Below, piece by piece: positions 39,901-48,478 of a stretch of 64,000 nucleotides of DNA (position 1 is its first letter; every line of letters starts with the position of its first letter). Under the pieces are notes generated by a model. That model was not told the DNA's origin, searched no databases, and saw only the letters and a program-made list of their open reading frames with translations. The stretch spans positions 51,841 through 115,840 of the forward strand of contig JAVVRP010000002.1 of NCBI GenBank assembly GCA_036654655.1, written 5' to 3'. The position numbers were made by a program, and so were the translations under genes. The stretch is from Clostridia bacterium. Its GTDB lineage: Bacteria; Bacillota; Clostridia; Christensenellales; UBA1242.

Positions 39901-40095
39901 CTTGAAGTAACAGATCATATTGTTATTGGAATTCAAAGTGCGAAAGAAGTTTGTGATGCTGTTAAAAATGCAGAAAAAGAAATTTGTGCAAACACACTTG
40001 CAAACAAAATAACATATGAATCTAAACAAAATTTTGAAATAGAGTTTACAATAAATGAAATTAGTGTTAAAATCTCCATCAGTGAGGCAAAATGA
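36979..40095 (+). CDS. ileS: Isoleucine--tRNA ligase (long, type-2-like, 1,038 aa)
   Basis: It has the HIGH motif (PTANGMPHIGH), KMSKS (KMSKSKGN) and an editing domain (WTTTPWTLPSN). The gap to the upstream gene is only 20 nt. Confidence 0.95.
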   Translation: MYKKVDTKLEFVKNELEIMEFWAKKQTFKKSLEKNKGNKIFSFYEGPPTANGMPHIGHPLTRAMKDVIPRFKTMQGYYVPRMAGWDTHGLPVELEVEKQIGSTGKQDIEKFGVDKFILQCKESVWKYKKIWENITERLGYWVDMAKPYITYSNDYIESVFWALSQMNKMGLIYHGHKVVPYCPRCGTSLSKMEVEQNYITLKENSIYVKFRTIKDKNTYFLVWTTTPWTLPSNIALCVNPTQNYCIVEQDGMRFIMLEALVSKLFAEPKIVERMKGSDLENQQYEPIFQYVKDKVKNGYFVTMDNFVTVEDGTGIVHIAPAFGADDYEVGKKYNLPVIQLINDEGKFTQEATDYVGLKAKSADKLIIERLQKEGKLFKILPFEHSYPHCWRCNTPLLYYAKTTWFVETSKIKDRLVKNNKSVNWLPQNIKTGRMGNFLENNVDWGISRTRFWGTPLPFWVCECGNFHVVGSKTELEKLSGKKITDLHKPEIDEITIPCDKCGKTMVRTPEVLDCWFDSGSMPFAQYHYPFENKELFEKTFPADYIAEGLDQTRGWFYSLQAISSILFNKSPYKTCIALGLINDKNGQKMSKSKGNGIDPWTILNKYGADALRWYFYNSCSPGQPLSFNEENLIELQRKTFGTLWNVYAFYVLYAQIDNFDPTKHDISTCSYTFMDKWLLSEFNALVNYVTKCLESFDMQNASKKITEFIDVLSNWYIRRSRERFWASGKTENKISAFSTLYEVLCGLVKLMAPFAPFITENIYQNIVCSVNKNAPESVHLCEYPVANEKLVNKTLNLGMNEVLKIVSLGRSARNMSGIKNRQPLEKAYVCTSKPFHLKKELVDLALNELNVEKLEVMQDASKYVTFELKPQLKTVGPKYGKHVNAIKEHLQKCTNEQINILNSGKSIQFNLENINVVLGAEDVIVLIKNKEGFVSESDGDFTVVLNTTLTPDLIAKGYVREIISHVQNLRKDSGLEVTDHIVIGIQSAKEVCDAVKNAEKEICANTLANKITYESKQNFEIEFTINEISVKISISEAK

Positions 40096-40937
40096 GATTG
40101 GCGGATAATTGGCAGAGTTACCAAGTTGTAGGCACAGGAAATGGAGAAAAATTTGAACGTTGGGGACAGTTTTATTTGTTAAGGCCCGACCCACAAGTAA
40201 TTTGGGAATCTGACACAGATTATTCCAAGGACAAAAGGCTTTGCGGAAGATATGTTAGAGAAAGTTCGGGTGGCGGAAATTGGCAAATAAAAAGTTTGCC
40301 TGCTGAATGGATTGTTGAGTGGAAGAACATAAAATTTTTAATTAAACCAATGGGCTTTAAACACACAGGGTTGTTTCCAGAACAAGCAACAAATTGGGAT
40401 TTAATGATAAATTTAATAAAAAAAGCAGATAGGACAATCAGGGTTTTAAATTTGTTTGCATACACCGGTGGGGCATCACTTGCATGTGCCAGCGCAGGGG
40501 CAAGCGTTACCCATGTTGACGCAAGCAAAGGCATGGTGGAGCGTGCAAAAGAAAATTCAAAACTATCCAACATAAGCACAATAAGATGGATTGTTGACGA
40601 TTGTGAAAAATTTTTGATTAGAGAAATAAAACGTGAAAACAAATACGATGCAATAATAATGGATCCGCCAAGTTATGGAAGAGGACCTAATGGCGAAATG
40701 TGGAAATTGGAAGATAACCTTTATAAGTTGGTTAAGTTATGTAAAAATGTACTTAGTGAAAATCCGTTATTTATTATAATAAATTCATACACCACGGGGC
40801 TTGCTCCAAGTGTGCTTTCAAACATTTTAACTCTTGTTTTTGGAGAAAAAAATGTTCTTGCCGATGAAATAGGGTTGCCAACAGACCAAAAAATAGTTTT
40901 GCCTTGTGGGGCAACAGGAGTTAAAACATGGATGTAA
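40092..40937 (+). CDS. Class I SAM-dependent (RlmI/RlmK-like) rRNA methyltransferase
   Basis: It has the SAM-binding VLNLFAYTGGASLA, the catalytic-type IIMDPPSYG and FKHTGLFPEQ. Its ATG overlaps the ileS stop (ATGA). Confidence 0.7.
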   Translation: MRLADNWQSYQVVGTGNGEKFERWGQFYLLRPDPQVIWESDTDYSKDKRLCGRYVRESSGGGNWQIKSLPAEWIVEWKNIKFLIKPMGFKHTGLFPEQATNWDLMINLIKKADRTIRVLNLFAYTGGASLACASAGASVTHVDASKGMVERAKENSKLSNISTIRWIVDDCEKFLIREIKRENKYDAIIMDPPSYGRGPNGEMWKLEDNLYKLVKLCKNVLSENPLFIIINSYTTGLAPSVLSNILTLVFGEKNVLADEIGLPTDQKIVLPCGATGVKTWM

Positions 40938-41617
40938 TTTTTGAGGACAATCATTTATTAGTGGTTCAAAAACCGCAAAATGTGCCAACACAAGCCGATA
41001 GTTCAGGTGACTTGGATCTTTTAAGCATGGCAAAAGCATATGTAAAAGAAACAAAAAACAAAAAAGGTGATGCTTTTGTTGGGTTGGTTCACAGACTAGA
41101 TAGGCCAACAGGTGGTTCAATAGTTTTTGCAAAAACAACAAAATCCGCCAGCAGATTAAGTGCGCAAATTGTAAAAGGAAAATTTGAAAAAAAATATTTT
41201 GCAGTTGTGTATGGCAACCCAAGGTCAAAATCGGGAAGACTTGTAAATTATTTAAAAAAAGATGAGCAAACAAACATTGTTTCAATTGTTCCAATGAGTG
41301 AAAAGGGCGCAAAAAGAGCCGAACTTGTTTATGAGGTTTTGGAAGAAAAAGAAGGAATATCATTAATAGGTGTTCAAATTCTTTCGGGCAGAAGCCATCA
41401 AATCCGTGTTCAAATGGCAAATTTGGGGCATCCTGTTTGGGGTGATTCAAAATATGGCACCAGCAAGGCGGAAAATTTGGCATTGTGGGCATGGTCACTT
41501 TCTTTTTTTCACCCTGTTAAAAAGTCAAAAATGACGTTTATAAGTTTGCCACCCGAAGATGATCAGCCGTGGAAGATGTTTAATATTGAAAAATTTGTCA
41601 ATATTTCTAAAAACTAA
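40928..41617 (+). CDS. RluA-family pseudouridine synthase
   Basis: It has the catalytic motif HRLDRPTGG, a C-terminal SGRSHQIRVQMA, and a 10-nt overlap with the upstream methyltransferase. Confidence 0.85.
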   Translation: MDVIFEDNHLLVVQKPQNVPTQADSSGDLDLLSMAKAYVKETKNKKGDAFVGLVHRLDRPTGGSIVFAKTTKSASRLSAQIVKGKFEKKYFAVVYGNPRSKSGRLVNYLKKDEQTNIVSIVPMSEKGAKRAELVYEVLEEKEGISLIGVQILSGRSHQIRVQMANLGHPVWGDSKYGTSKAENLALWAWSLSFFHPVKKSKMTFISLPPEDDQPWKMFNIEKFVNISKN

Positions 41618-41644
41618 AATAGAATAATATGATAGAGGTGAAAA

Positions 41645-43435
41645 TTGAAAAAACGTAACGAAATTGAGGAGAAATACAAATGGGATTTATCCTCATATTT
41701 TTATTCTGATCAAGAATGGGACAGCGTATTTAAACAAGTGCAAGAGCAATCAAAATATTTTTTGCAATTTAAAAACAAACTTTCAAACAGAGAATATTTG
41801 TTAGAATATTATCAGTTTTGCGACAAGTTTGACGAAAAAATGGACAAATTGGGGACGTATTCTTTTCTTAAAGTAAGTGAAGATGCAAAAAATGAAATTT
41901 CTCAAAAACGTGAGCAAATATTTTCAAAGTTTTGTGCAGAGTTGGGGCAAAAAACATCTTTTATTATTGTTGAATTGTCCAAAATAGATGAAAACAAATT
42001 AACGCTGTGGGCAAGTCAGCCAGAGTTTAAAAACTATAACTTAGAAATTTTGGATATAATTAAAAATAGGCCACATGTTTTAAGCCAAGCAGAAGAAAAT
42101 TTGCTTGCACAAATTGCAGAGTTTGAAGGTGGGTACAGTGAAATTTTTGAAAAATTAGATAATGCCGATTTAAGATTTGAAAATATAAAAAATTCAAAAG
42201 GTAAAAGTTTTGCGTTTAATCAAGCGTTGTATGGAAAATATATTCAATCAACGGACAGGGTTTTGCGTAAAAATGCAGTTAAGGAAATAAATAATGCATA
42301 TGGAAAGTTTAATCATACAATTTCTGCAAATTATATTTATTCTGTAAAAACAACATGCGTTAATGCCAGAATAAGAAAATTTGAAAGCGCACTTTCGGCA
42401 TCACTTTTTAGCACCAATGTTAATAAAACTGTTTATGACGCTTTAATAATGGGAGTAAATCAAAATCTTCCAGTTTTTCAAAAATATTTTAAACTTAAAG
42501 CAAAACAACAAGGCAACAAAAAATTTGCAATATACGACACACTTTCACCAACAAATCAAAAATTTAATAAAGTTTACACATATGATCAAGCATTTGAAAT
42601 TGTTCAAAATGCATTAAAGCCTTTTGGGAAAAATTATATCAATCTTTTAAAACAAGCAAAGCAAGAAAAATGGATTGATGTTATGCCTTCACAAAATAAA
42701 GATACAGGTGCTTTTTCAACAGGAGCATACGGTGCAAAACCAGTTGTGCTTTTAAATTTTACAGGTACAACGCAAGACGTTTTTACTCTTGCGCACGAAC
42801 TGGGGCATGCTATGCACACTTATTTTTCCAACAAAACACAGCTATGCGCAAAAAGTGATTATTCAATTTTTGTTGCAGAAGTTGCAAGTAATGTTAATGA
42901 AATGTTGTTAGGGCTTTACTTTTTGGAAAACTCAAAAACAATTGAGGAAAAGATTTATTACATAGACAACATTTTAAGTGGATTTAGAGGCAGTGTTTTC
43001 AGGCAAACAATGTTTGCAGAATTTGAGCAAAAAGTACACAAAAAATATGAGTCGGGCGAGCCGTTAACTGCTGAAATTTTAAACGATATGTTTTACAAAC
43101 TAAACAAAAAATATTTTGGAAAAAATGTTGAATTACTTTCACAAGTAAAATATGAATGGAGCCGAATTCCACATTTTTATACCCCATTTTATGTTTATAA
43201 ATATGCAACGGGTTTAATCTCTGCACTTATACTTGCAACAAATTTGTTAAAAGAAAACAAATTAAAAACAAGTGATAATTTGCAAATTAAATATTTAAAT
43301 TTTTTAAGTTCTGGTTGCACAAAATCCCCAGTTGAACTATTGCAAGATGCAGGTGTAGACTTGGAAAAACAAGAAACATTTAACAATGCTTTTAAATATA
43401 TTGAAAATTTAATTAAAATTTGGGAAAGTTTATAA
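41645..43435 (+). CDS. pepF: Oligoendopeptidase F (M3B)
   Basis: It has the zinc motif HELGHAMH and an N-terminal EEKYKWDLSSYF typical of PepF. It starts at TTG with GAGGTG 4 nt upstream. Confidence 0.88.
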   Translation: MKKRNEIEEKYKWDLSSYFYSDQEWDSVFKQVQEQSKYFLQFKNKLSNREYLLEYYQFCDKFDEKMDKLGTYSFLKVSEDAKNEISQKREQIFSKFCAELGQKTSFIIVELSKIDENKLTLWASQPEFKNYNLEILDIIKNRPHVLSQAEENLLAQIAEFEGGYSEIFEKLDNADLRFENIKNSKGKSFAFNQALYGKYIQSTDRVLRKNAVKEINNAYGKFNHTISANYIYSVKTTCVNARIRKFESALSASLFSTNVNKTVYDALIMGVNQNLPVFQKYFKLKAKQQGNKKFAIYDTLSPTNQKFNKVYTYDQAFEIVQNALKPFGKNYINLLKQAKQEKWIDVMPSQNKDTGAFSTGAYGAKPVVLLNFTGTTQDVFTLAHELGHAMHTYFSNKTQLCAKSDYSIFVAEVASNVNEMLLGLYFLENSKTIEEKIYYIDNILSGFRGSVFRQTMFAEFEQKVHKKYESGEPLTAEILNDMFYKLNKKYFGKNVELLSQVKYEWSRIPHFYTPFYVYKYATGLISALILATNLLKENKLKTSDNLQIKYLNFLSSGCTKSPVELLQDAGVDLEKQETFNNAFKYIENLIKIWESL

Positions 43436-43441
43436 ATTAAT

Positions 43442-44617
43442 TTAAAAAACTATTTTATCAAAATTATTATCACACAAACTAGGGATTTCTTGCAAGTATT
43501 TTGTTATTTTGTTTTGGCTATCAATAATATTTTTGATATTATAAAAACTTAAAACAGTTTTAATTTTATTAATATATTTTCCTAACAAATCATTGTCATT
43601 AAGTTCAAAATCTGTTACTGGTGTATGGCAATTAAATTGTTTAAAATAATATTTTTCAAGGTCTGCTGATGAACAAAATTTTGGAGCCTTAACAGCATCC
43701 TGATGATAAACTTTTGATGGATAAATTGTAACCATTTTTTCACTATACTTATGAAAATGTGGGCCCAAAATCATTTGGGGTTGTTCCAGTATATTCCCAC
43801 CAGCAAACATTTGAATGTGAGATTTATCGTCTTTAACCATGTCATATCTGCCCAAAAACACAGGTTCTATTCCTTTTAATAAAACATGTATATCAAATTT
43901 CATATTTATCATATTTTTTGAATTTGGAGTGCAATCTTTTTTGTAAAAATTTTTAACATTTTCATTTTCTGTGTGGTCGCCCATATATTGATAGCATGAA
44001 GATAAAATGTATGTTAAATAACCAAAATCTTCACACAAAGAAGCAAATAAATATTGATTTTTAACAAAATATGTTTTTGTCATCAATCCATCAATATTTG
44101 CATCAAAGTCAAAAGCATTCATTTTTTTTGTAATAAAAAATTTGGGTAAGGACAAAATGTGATTTACAACATTTTGACAAAGTGGTGCATCAATAATTTG
44201 CTGTACACATTTTTGCTTATCCAAAAGAATTTGAGAAATTGTCATTTGTTGTGAAGTTGAAATATCCTTTTCAATGTTAAAACCACACAAAAAATTTGTT
44301 CGCTCAATTCGTTTAATTCTTACTTTTTCATAAAATTTGTCAATGTTTTCAATAATTTTTTTGCGTCTAGCCTTGTTATATTTGTATAAAGGTTCGGTTG
44401 GAAAATCAAATTTTCTGTTAATTTTATCTCTATACAAACTATTTTTTTTATATTTGTCCATTGGTACTTCAAAATCACCAGGTTCTTTTTGATTATTGTC
44501 TGGCAAAAAAGTTTTTTGACCTGAAATTTTTGTTAATTCAACTGAACTTCTTTTTGCGTTAGACGTTGCATTTTTTGTTTTGTTTGTACAAGAATAAACT
44601 GATTGCTGGTTAAGCAT
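43442..44617 (-). CDS. Hypothetical protein (391 aa) with no motif I recognise
   Basis: It is a long uninterrupted ORF with a basic, probably disordered N-terminus (KTKNATSNAKRSS...). It converges on pepF with a 6-nt gap. I could not identify a catalytic or family signature. Confidence 0.55.
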   Translation of the reverse strand: MLNQQSVYSCTNKTKNATSNAKRSSVELTKISGQKTFLPDNNQKEPGDFEVPMDKYKKNSLYRDKINRKFDFPTEPLYKYNKARRKKIIENIDKFYEKVRIKRIERTNFLCGFNIEKDISTSQQMTISQILLDKQKCVQQIIDAPLCQNVVNHILSLPKFFITKKMNAFDFDANIDGLMTKTYFVKNQYLFASLCEDFGYLTYILSSCYQYMGDHTENENVKNFYKKDCTPNSKNMINMKFDIHVLLKGIEPVFLGRYDMVKDDKSHIQMFAGGNILEQPQMILGPHFHKYSEKMVTIYPSKVYHQDAVKAPKFCSSADLEKYYFKQFNCHTPVTDFELNDNDLLGKYINKIKTVLSFYNIKNIIDSQNKITKYLQEIPSLCDNNFDKIVF

Positions 44618-44722
44618 TAAATTTCTCCGTTATCAGATTGTAACACATAAGATTATGCTTGGCAATACACAAATTATATAATTAACAAATTTTTTAAAAA
44701 AATAGCCCAAACTTTTAATTTA

Positions 44723-44731
44723 TGTTATAAT
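44723..44731 (+). promoter_or_regulatory. Extended -10 element (TGtTATAAT) 6 nt upstream of the ung ATG
   Basis: tgttataat lies at 44723-44731, followed by gttaaa and then ATG at 44738. No SD is present. Confidence 0.5.
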
Positions 44732-44737
44732 GTTAAA

Positions 44738-45388
44738 ATGAAAATCCCACAAAATTGGCTTGATGTTTTAAAAACAGAATTTGAAAGCCCAAAGTTTAAG
44801 GAGTTGCAAAAGTTTTTGAATGCTGAATATTCCGCACACACAATTTATCCACCAGCGGACAAAATTTTTAATGCACTTATGGCTGTTAAGTTTAATGATG
44901 TAAAAGTGGTTATTATTGGGCAGGACCCCTATCACCAACCAATTCAGGCGCACGGGTTGTGCTTTTCAGTGGAAAGCGGACCGCTTCCACCATCACTAAA
45001 AAATATTTTTAAAGAAATACAAAGTGATACTGGAAAAACAAGAATTAACGGCAATTTAATGGATTGGGCAAAACAAGGAGTTTTGCTTTTAAACACAATT
45101 TTAACTGTTCGTGAAAGCCAGCCAAACAGCCATAAAAATCATGGATGGGAAGAAATTACGTCTGCAATAATTTCAAAACTATCAGCACGAGACAAGCCAA
45201 TTATTTTTGTACTTTGGGGAGGGAATGCAAAATCTTTTCTTTCGCTTATTAACACTCAAAAACATTATGTTTTAATGTGTGCACATCCCAGCCCACTATC
45301 TGCATATAATGGTTTTTTTGGCTGTAAACATTTTTCAAAAATTAACAAAATTTTAATTGATAGAGGAGAGTCTCCAATTTTATGGTAA
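44738..45388 (+). CDS. ung: Uracil-DNA glycosylase (family 1)
   Basis: It has the GQDPYH water-activating loop, GVLLLN, and the HPSPLSA leucine-loop region. Confidence 0.93.
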   Translation: MKIPQNWLDVLKTEFESPKFKELQKFLNAEYSAHTIYPPADKIFNALMAVKFNDVKVVIIGQDPYHQPIQAHGLCFSVESGPLPPSLKNIFKEIQSDTGKTRINGNLMDWAKQGVLLLNTILTVRESQPNSHKNHGWEEITSAIISKLSARDKPIIFVLWGGNAKSFLSLINTQKHYVLMCAHPSPLSAYNGFFGCKHFSKINKILIDRGESPILW

Positions 45389-45404
45389 TTAAAAAACTAT
45401 AAAT

Positions 45405-45440
45405 AAAAGCAAAACATTTTTGTTTTGCTTAATTTTTTTG
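45405..45440. terminator. Bidirectional rho-independent terminator between ung and rpsT
   Basis: The stem pairs aagcaaaac (45407-45415) with gttttgctt (45422-45430). A T-run follows on the plus strand and an A-run precedes it, which provides the U-tract for the minus strand. Confidence 0.75.
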
Positions 45441-45460
45441 TGCTAATAAATTAATAAAAA

Positions 45461-45724
45461 TTAATTTAATTTAGAAAGTAATTTTGAAAAATGTGCTTTG
45501 TGCCTTGCAGCGTAATTTAAATGTATAACGTTTTTTGCAACGGCGCTGTCAAGAAGAGAAACAAGTTCAGAAAGGCAATTTGTTGCGTTTTCCTTTTCAT
45601 TGCTTGCAAGTGCTGTTTTAAACTTTTTTGTTGCTGTTGCAAGTTGTGACTTAACTTGGCGATTTTCAAGGTTCTTTTTTTCGTTAACCTTAACTCTCTT
45701 AATTGCTGATTTAATGTTTGGCAT
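45461..45724 (-). CDS. rpsT: 30S ribosomal protein S20
   Basis: The N-terminus is MPNIKSAIKRVKVNEKKNLENR. It is 87 aa and basic, with AAGGAG upstream. Confidence 0.93.
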   Translation of the reverse strand: MPNIKSAIKRVKVNEKKNLENRQVKSQLATATKKFKTALASNEKENATNCLSELVSLLDSAVAKNVIHLNYAARHKAHFSKLLSKLN

Positions 45725-45752
45725 ACCTATCTCCTTTAAAATGTCTGGGGCA

Positions 45753-45781
45753 AGTGTATCACCTTTTATTCAATTTTGCAA
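45753..45781 (-). promoter_or_regulatory. rpsT promoter (TTGCAA-17-TGaTACACT)
   Basis: On the minus strand, ttgcaa lies at 45781-45776, followed by a 17-nt spacer ending in TGa, then tacact at 45758-45753. Confidence 0.6.
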
Positions 45782-45822
45782 GAGTTTTAATTATAATTAA
45801 AAAAAAATAGAACAAACATAGG

Positions 45823-46371
45823 TTAATATAATCTTTTCAATAATTCTTGTTTAATTTTATTTTCAATAATTTGGATTGTCTTTTCCATGTTCAAATTTTT
45901 AACAACAAGATCAAATTCTTGTTTAAATTGATTTTCATAGTCAAAACGTGAAAGCCTGAGTTCTATATCTTTTTCGCCACGAGCAATTAATCTTTTTTTA
46001 AGTTCTGTTTTTGAAACATCCAAAAAAACACTTAAAATTGGAACATTTAAACACTTGCTTTTAAAAGACCTTTGACCATTAACATCAATATCTTTTATAA
46101 GCAATTCTGTTTTAGCATTTGCAATATCCTTTTTTAAAACGCCACACCAGTGTGAGTGAAGTTGTGTGTATTCAAAAAATTCGTTATTTGCAACTTTATC
46201 AAAAAATTCTTTCTCCGAAATATAATAATATTTTTTTTGTAAAAGTTCATTTGTTCGTGGTGGACGTGTTACACAAGATACCAGCCTTTTAAGATTTTTG
46301 TTTCTTTTTAAAAGTTCCAAAATAATTGTATCTTTTCCACTTCCAGAAACACCTGCAATAAAAATCAGCAT
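45823..46371 (-). CDS. gmk: Guanylate kinase-like nucleoside monophosphate kinase
   Basis: It has the P-loop GVSGSGKDT, TRPPRTNE, and YYYISEKEFFDKVANNEFFEY. I chose ATG 46371 (MLIFIAGVSG...), which is preceded by AGAAGG; the track starts at 46401. Confidence 0.8.
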   Translation of the reverse strand: MLIFIAGVSGSGKDTIILELLKRNKNLKRLVSCVTRPPRTNELLQKKYYYISEKEFFDKVANNEFFEYTQLHSHWCGVLKKDIANAKTELLIKDIDVNGQRSFKSKCLNVPILSVFLDVSKTELKKRLIARGEKDIELRLSRFDYENQFKQEFDLVVKNLNMEKTIQIIENKIKQELLKRLY

Positions 46372-46478
46372 ATCAACCTTCTTTAAAAAAAAGAATATCA
46401 CTTTTTAAAACAAATCGCAAATATTTTTTATTGTTAAAAATATGTTGCAAAAAAATAATAATACTCATATATGAACAT

Positions 46479-47309
46479 ATGGGCAAAATAGCATTTTTGG
46501 ATAGTGGAAGTGGCGGGTTAAATATTTTAGCAAAAACAATAAAAATTTTGCCAGAAGCGGAATATGTTTACGTTGCCGACACAAAAAATTGTCCTTATGG
46601 AATACATTCAAAAACTTGGATTTTTAACAAAACAAAAAATCTTATTGAAAACATTATAAAAAATTATTTACCAGACATAATTGTTATTGCATGTAACACT
46701 GCAAGTTCTGCTTGCGCAAAGGAAATAAGAAACATATTTAATATTCCGATAGTTGCAGTTGAACCAGCAATAAAAATGGTTCCAAAAAATGAATTTAAAT
46801 TGGTGCTCGCAACAAAAGCCACATTAAAATTTAAAAAAATAAAATCAAACAAATTAACGCTTGCATATGCCCCGCAAAACTTACCAAAATTAATTGATGA
46901 TAATTTATTAAAAATAAATAAAATAAATTTAATTATAAAAAAAGAATTAAAACAAGTTTTAAAAAACAATAATTTATCTGCTAACAAAATAAAAAATATT
47001 GTTTTGGGATGTACGCACTTTGTTGCAATAACAAAAACATTAAAAAAAATATTTGTTAAAACAAATTTATTTTCAGGGCACGAACAAATTGCAACTCAAA
47101 TAAAAAAAATATATTTATTAAATAATAATAAACAAAAAAACAATAAACAAATAACAATTAATAATAAAATTAAGTTTTATTGCACAAATAAGTGCAAAAT
47201 AAAATTAAATAAAAATTATTTAATTAAAATTAAAATATGCTTAACAAATAATGATGTTAAACAATTAAATAAATTTAAAAAATATTTATTTAAAATAATT
47301 AATAATTAA
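46479..47309 (+). CDS. murI: Glutamate racemase
   Basis: It has FLDSGSGGL, the catalytic Cys contexts IACNTASS and GCTHF, and a Lys/Asn-rich C-terminal tail. I chose ATG 46479 (MGKIAFLD...). Confidence 0.85.
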   Translation: MGKIAFLDSGSGGLNILAKTIKILPEAEYVYVADTKNCPYGIHSKTWIFNKTKNLIENIIKNYLPDIIVIACNTASSACAKEIRNIFNIPIVAVEPAIKMVPKNEFKLVLATKATLKFKKIKSNKLTLAYAPQNLPKLIDDNLLKINKINLIIKKELKQVLKNNNLSANKIKNIVLGCTHFVAITKTLKKIFVKTNLFSGHEQIATQIKKIYLLNNNKQKNNKQITINNKIKFYCTNKCKIKLNKNYLIKIKICLTNNDVKQLNKFKKYLFKIINN

Positions 47310-47313
47310 TTTA

Positions 47314-48435
47314 TTATTTTTTGAGTTTATTAAATTTTGTTTTTAAACTAGGCTTATAATTTTGCAAGGCAACAGACTGATAAGAAAAAACATTTTCATC
47401 TTTTTTTATTTTATCCTGAATTGCAAGTTCAATTAATTTGTTTATTAATTCTGCTGGTGAAAAAATGTTGTCCCACAGCGGAAAAGATAACGAGCCAGGA
47501 ATTGTGTTAATTTCATTTACATAAATTATGTTATCTTTAACTAAATAATCAATTCGTATAACTCCCTTGCAATCAAAATAATCAAAAAGATTTTCACTTA
47601 ATTTGTAAATTTGATTTTGCAGTTTTTTTGCAATGTTATTATTTTGTATTTTAGTTTTTTTGCTGGTTAAATATTTTTCTTCAAAAGTTAAAAATGATTG
47701 CCAACTTTGTGGTTGTTGCAAATTTGAACAATATTTTTTTTGTAAATTTCCAACAATTGCACAATTTATTTCTTGCGAGTTTTCCAAAAATGTTTCTATC
47801 AAAATTTTGCTGTCAAAAGAAAACGCAACTTCAAGTGCAAATTTTAATTCATGAACAGAGTTGCATTTATTAATTCCAATACTGCTTCCCAAATTTGCGG
47901 GTTTAACTATTAATGGAAAACCAATTTGATTTTCAATTTGTTGTAGTGTGATTTCGGCATTGTTTTTATAATTGTTTTTAATTATTGTTATGTATTTTGC
48001 AGAATTAAATCCACCCGAAAAAAACATTTTTTTCATAAAAACTTTATCCATGCATAGTGCAGAGGATAACACAGACGGGCATGAATAAGGAATGTCACAA
48101 AGTTCTAAAAGTCCGGCAAGAGTTCCGTCCTCCCCATGCATTCCGTGGCAACAAATAATTGCACAATCCACGTGAAAAAATCTTTTAAATTTTCCAAAAA
48201 CATTTTTTGTTATGTAAGGAGTTCCAACATCTATCCCAAGTTTTTTTTTGCTTTTAAAGTTAATATAACTTTTCACATTTTTTGAATCTTCGGGCAAAAA
48301 CCATTCGTTGTTTTTGTCAATGTACACTGGCAAAACATTATGTTTGCCACTTATTTCACAAAGTGTTTGAACCCCAGAAATAATAGAAATTTCATGTTCG
48401 CAACTTTTGCCACCAAAAAAAACTGCAATATTCAT
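47314..48435 (-). CDS. ddl: D-alanine--D-alanine ligase
   Basis: The N-terminus MNIAVFFGGKSCEHEISIISG is canonical for Ddl, followed by an ATP-grasp body (GEDGTLAGLLE, PLIVKPANLGSSIGI, EINTIPG). I chose ATG 48435. The track's start at 48510 would overlap murF. Confidence 0.9.
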   Translation of the reverse strand: MNIAVFFGGKSCEHEISIISGVQTLCEISGKHNVLPVYIDKNNEWFLPEDSKNVKSYINFKSKKKLGIDVGTPYITKNVFGKFKRFFHVDCAIICCHGMHGEDGTLAGLLELCDIPYSCPSVLSSALCMDKVFMKKMFFSGGFNSAKYITIIKNNYKNNAEITLQQIENQIGFPLIVKPANLGSSIGINKCNSVHELKFALEVAFSFDSKILIETFLENSQEINCAIVGNLQKKYCSNLQQPQSWQSFLTFEEKYLTSKKTKIQNNNIAKKLQNQIYKLSENLFDYFDCKGVIRIDYLVKDNIIYVNEINTIPGSLSFPLWDNIFSPAELINKLIELAIQDKIKKDENVFSYQSVALQNYKPSLKTKFNKLKK

Positions 48436-48478
48436 ATCTTTATATATGAACATTGCAATTTTTTTGACACTGTATATT

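Noticed and set aside
40827-41498. A 223-aa minus-strand ORF overlapping the RluA-family gene
   Set aside because: The sense strand encodes a protein with the diagnostic HRLDRPTGG motif. The antisense product is low-complexity (Leu/Phe/His/Gln-rich) with no motifs, so it is a shadow ORF.
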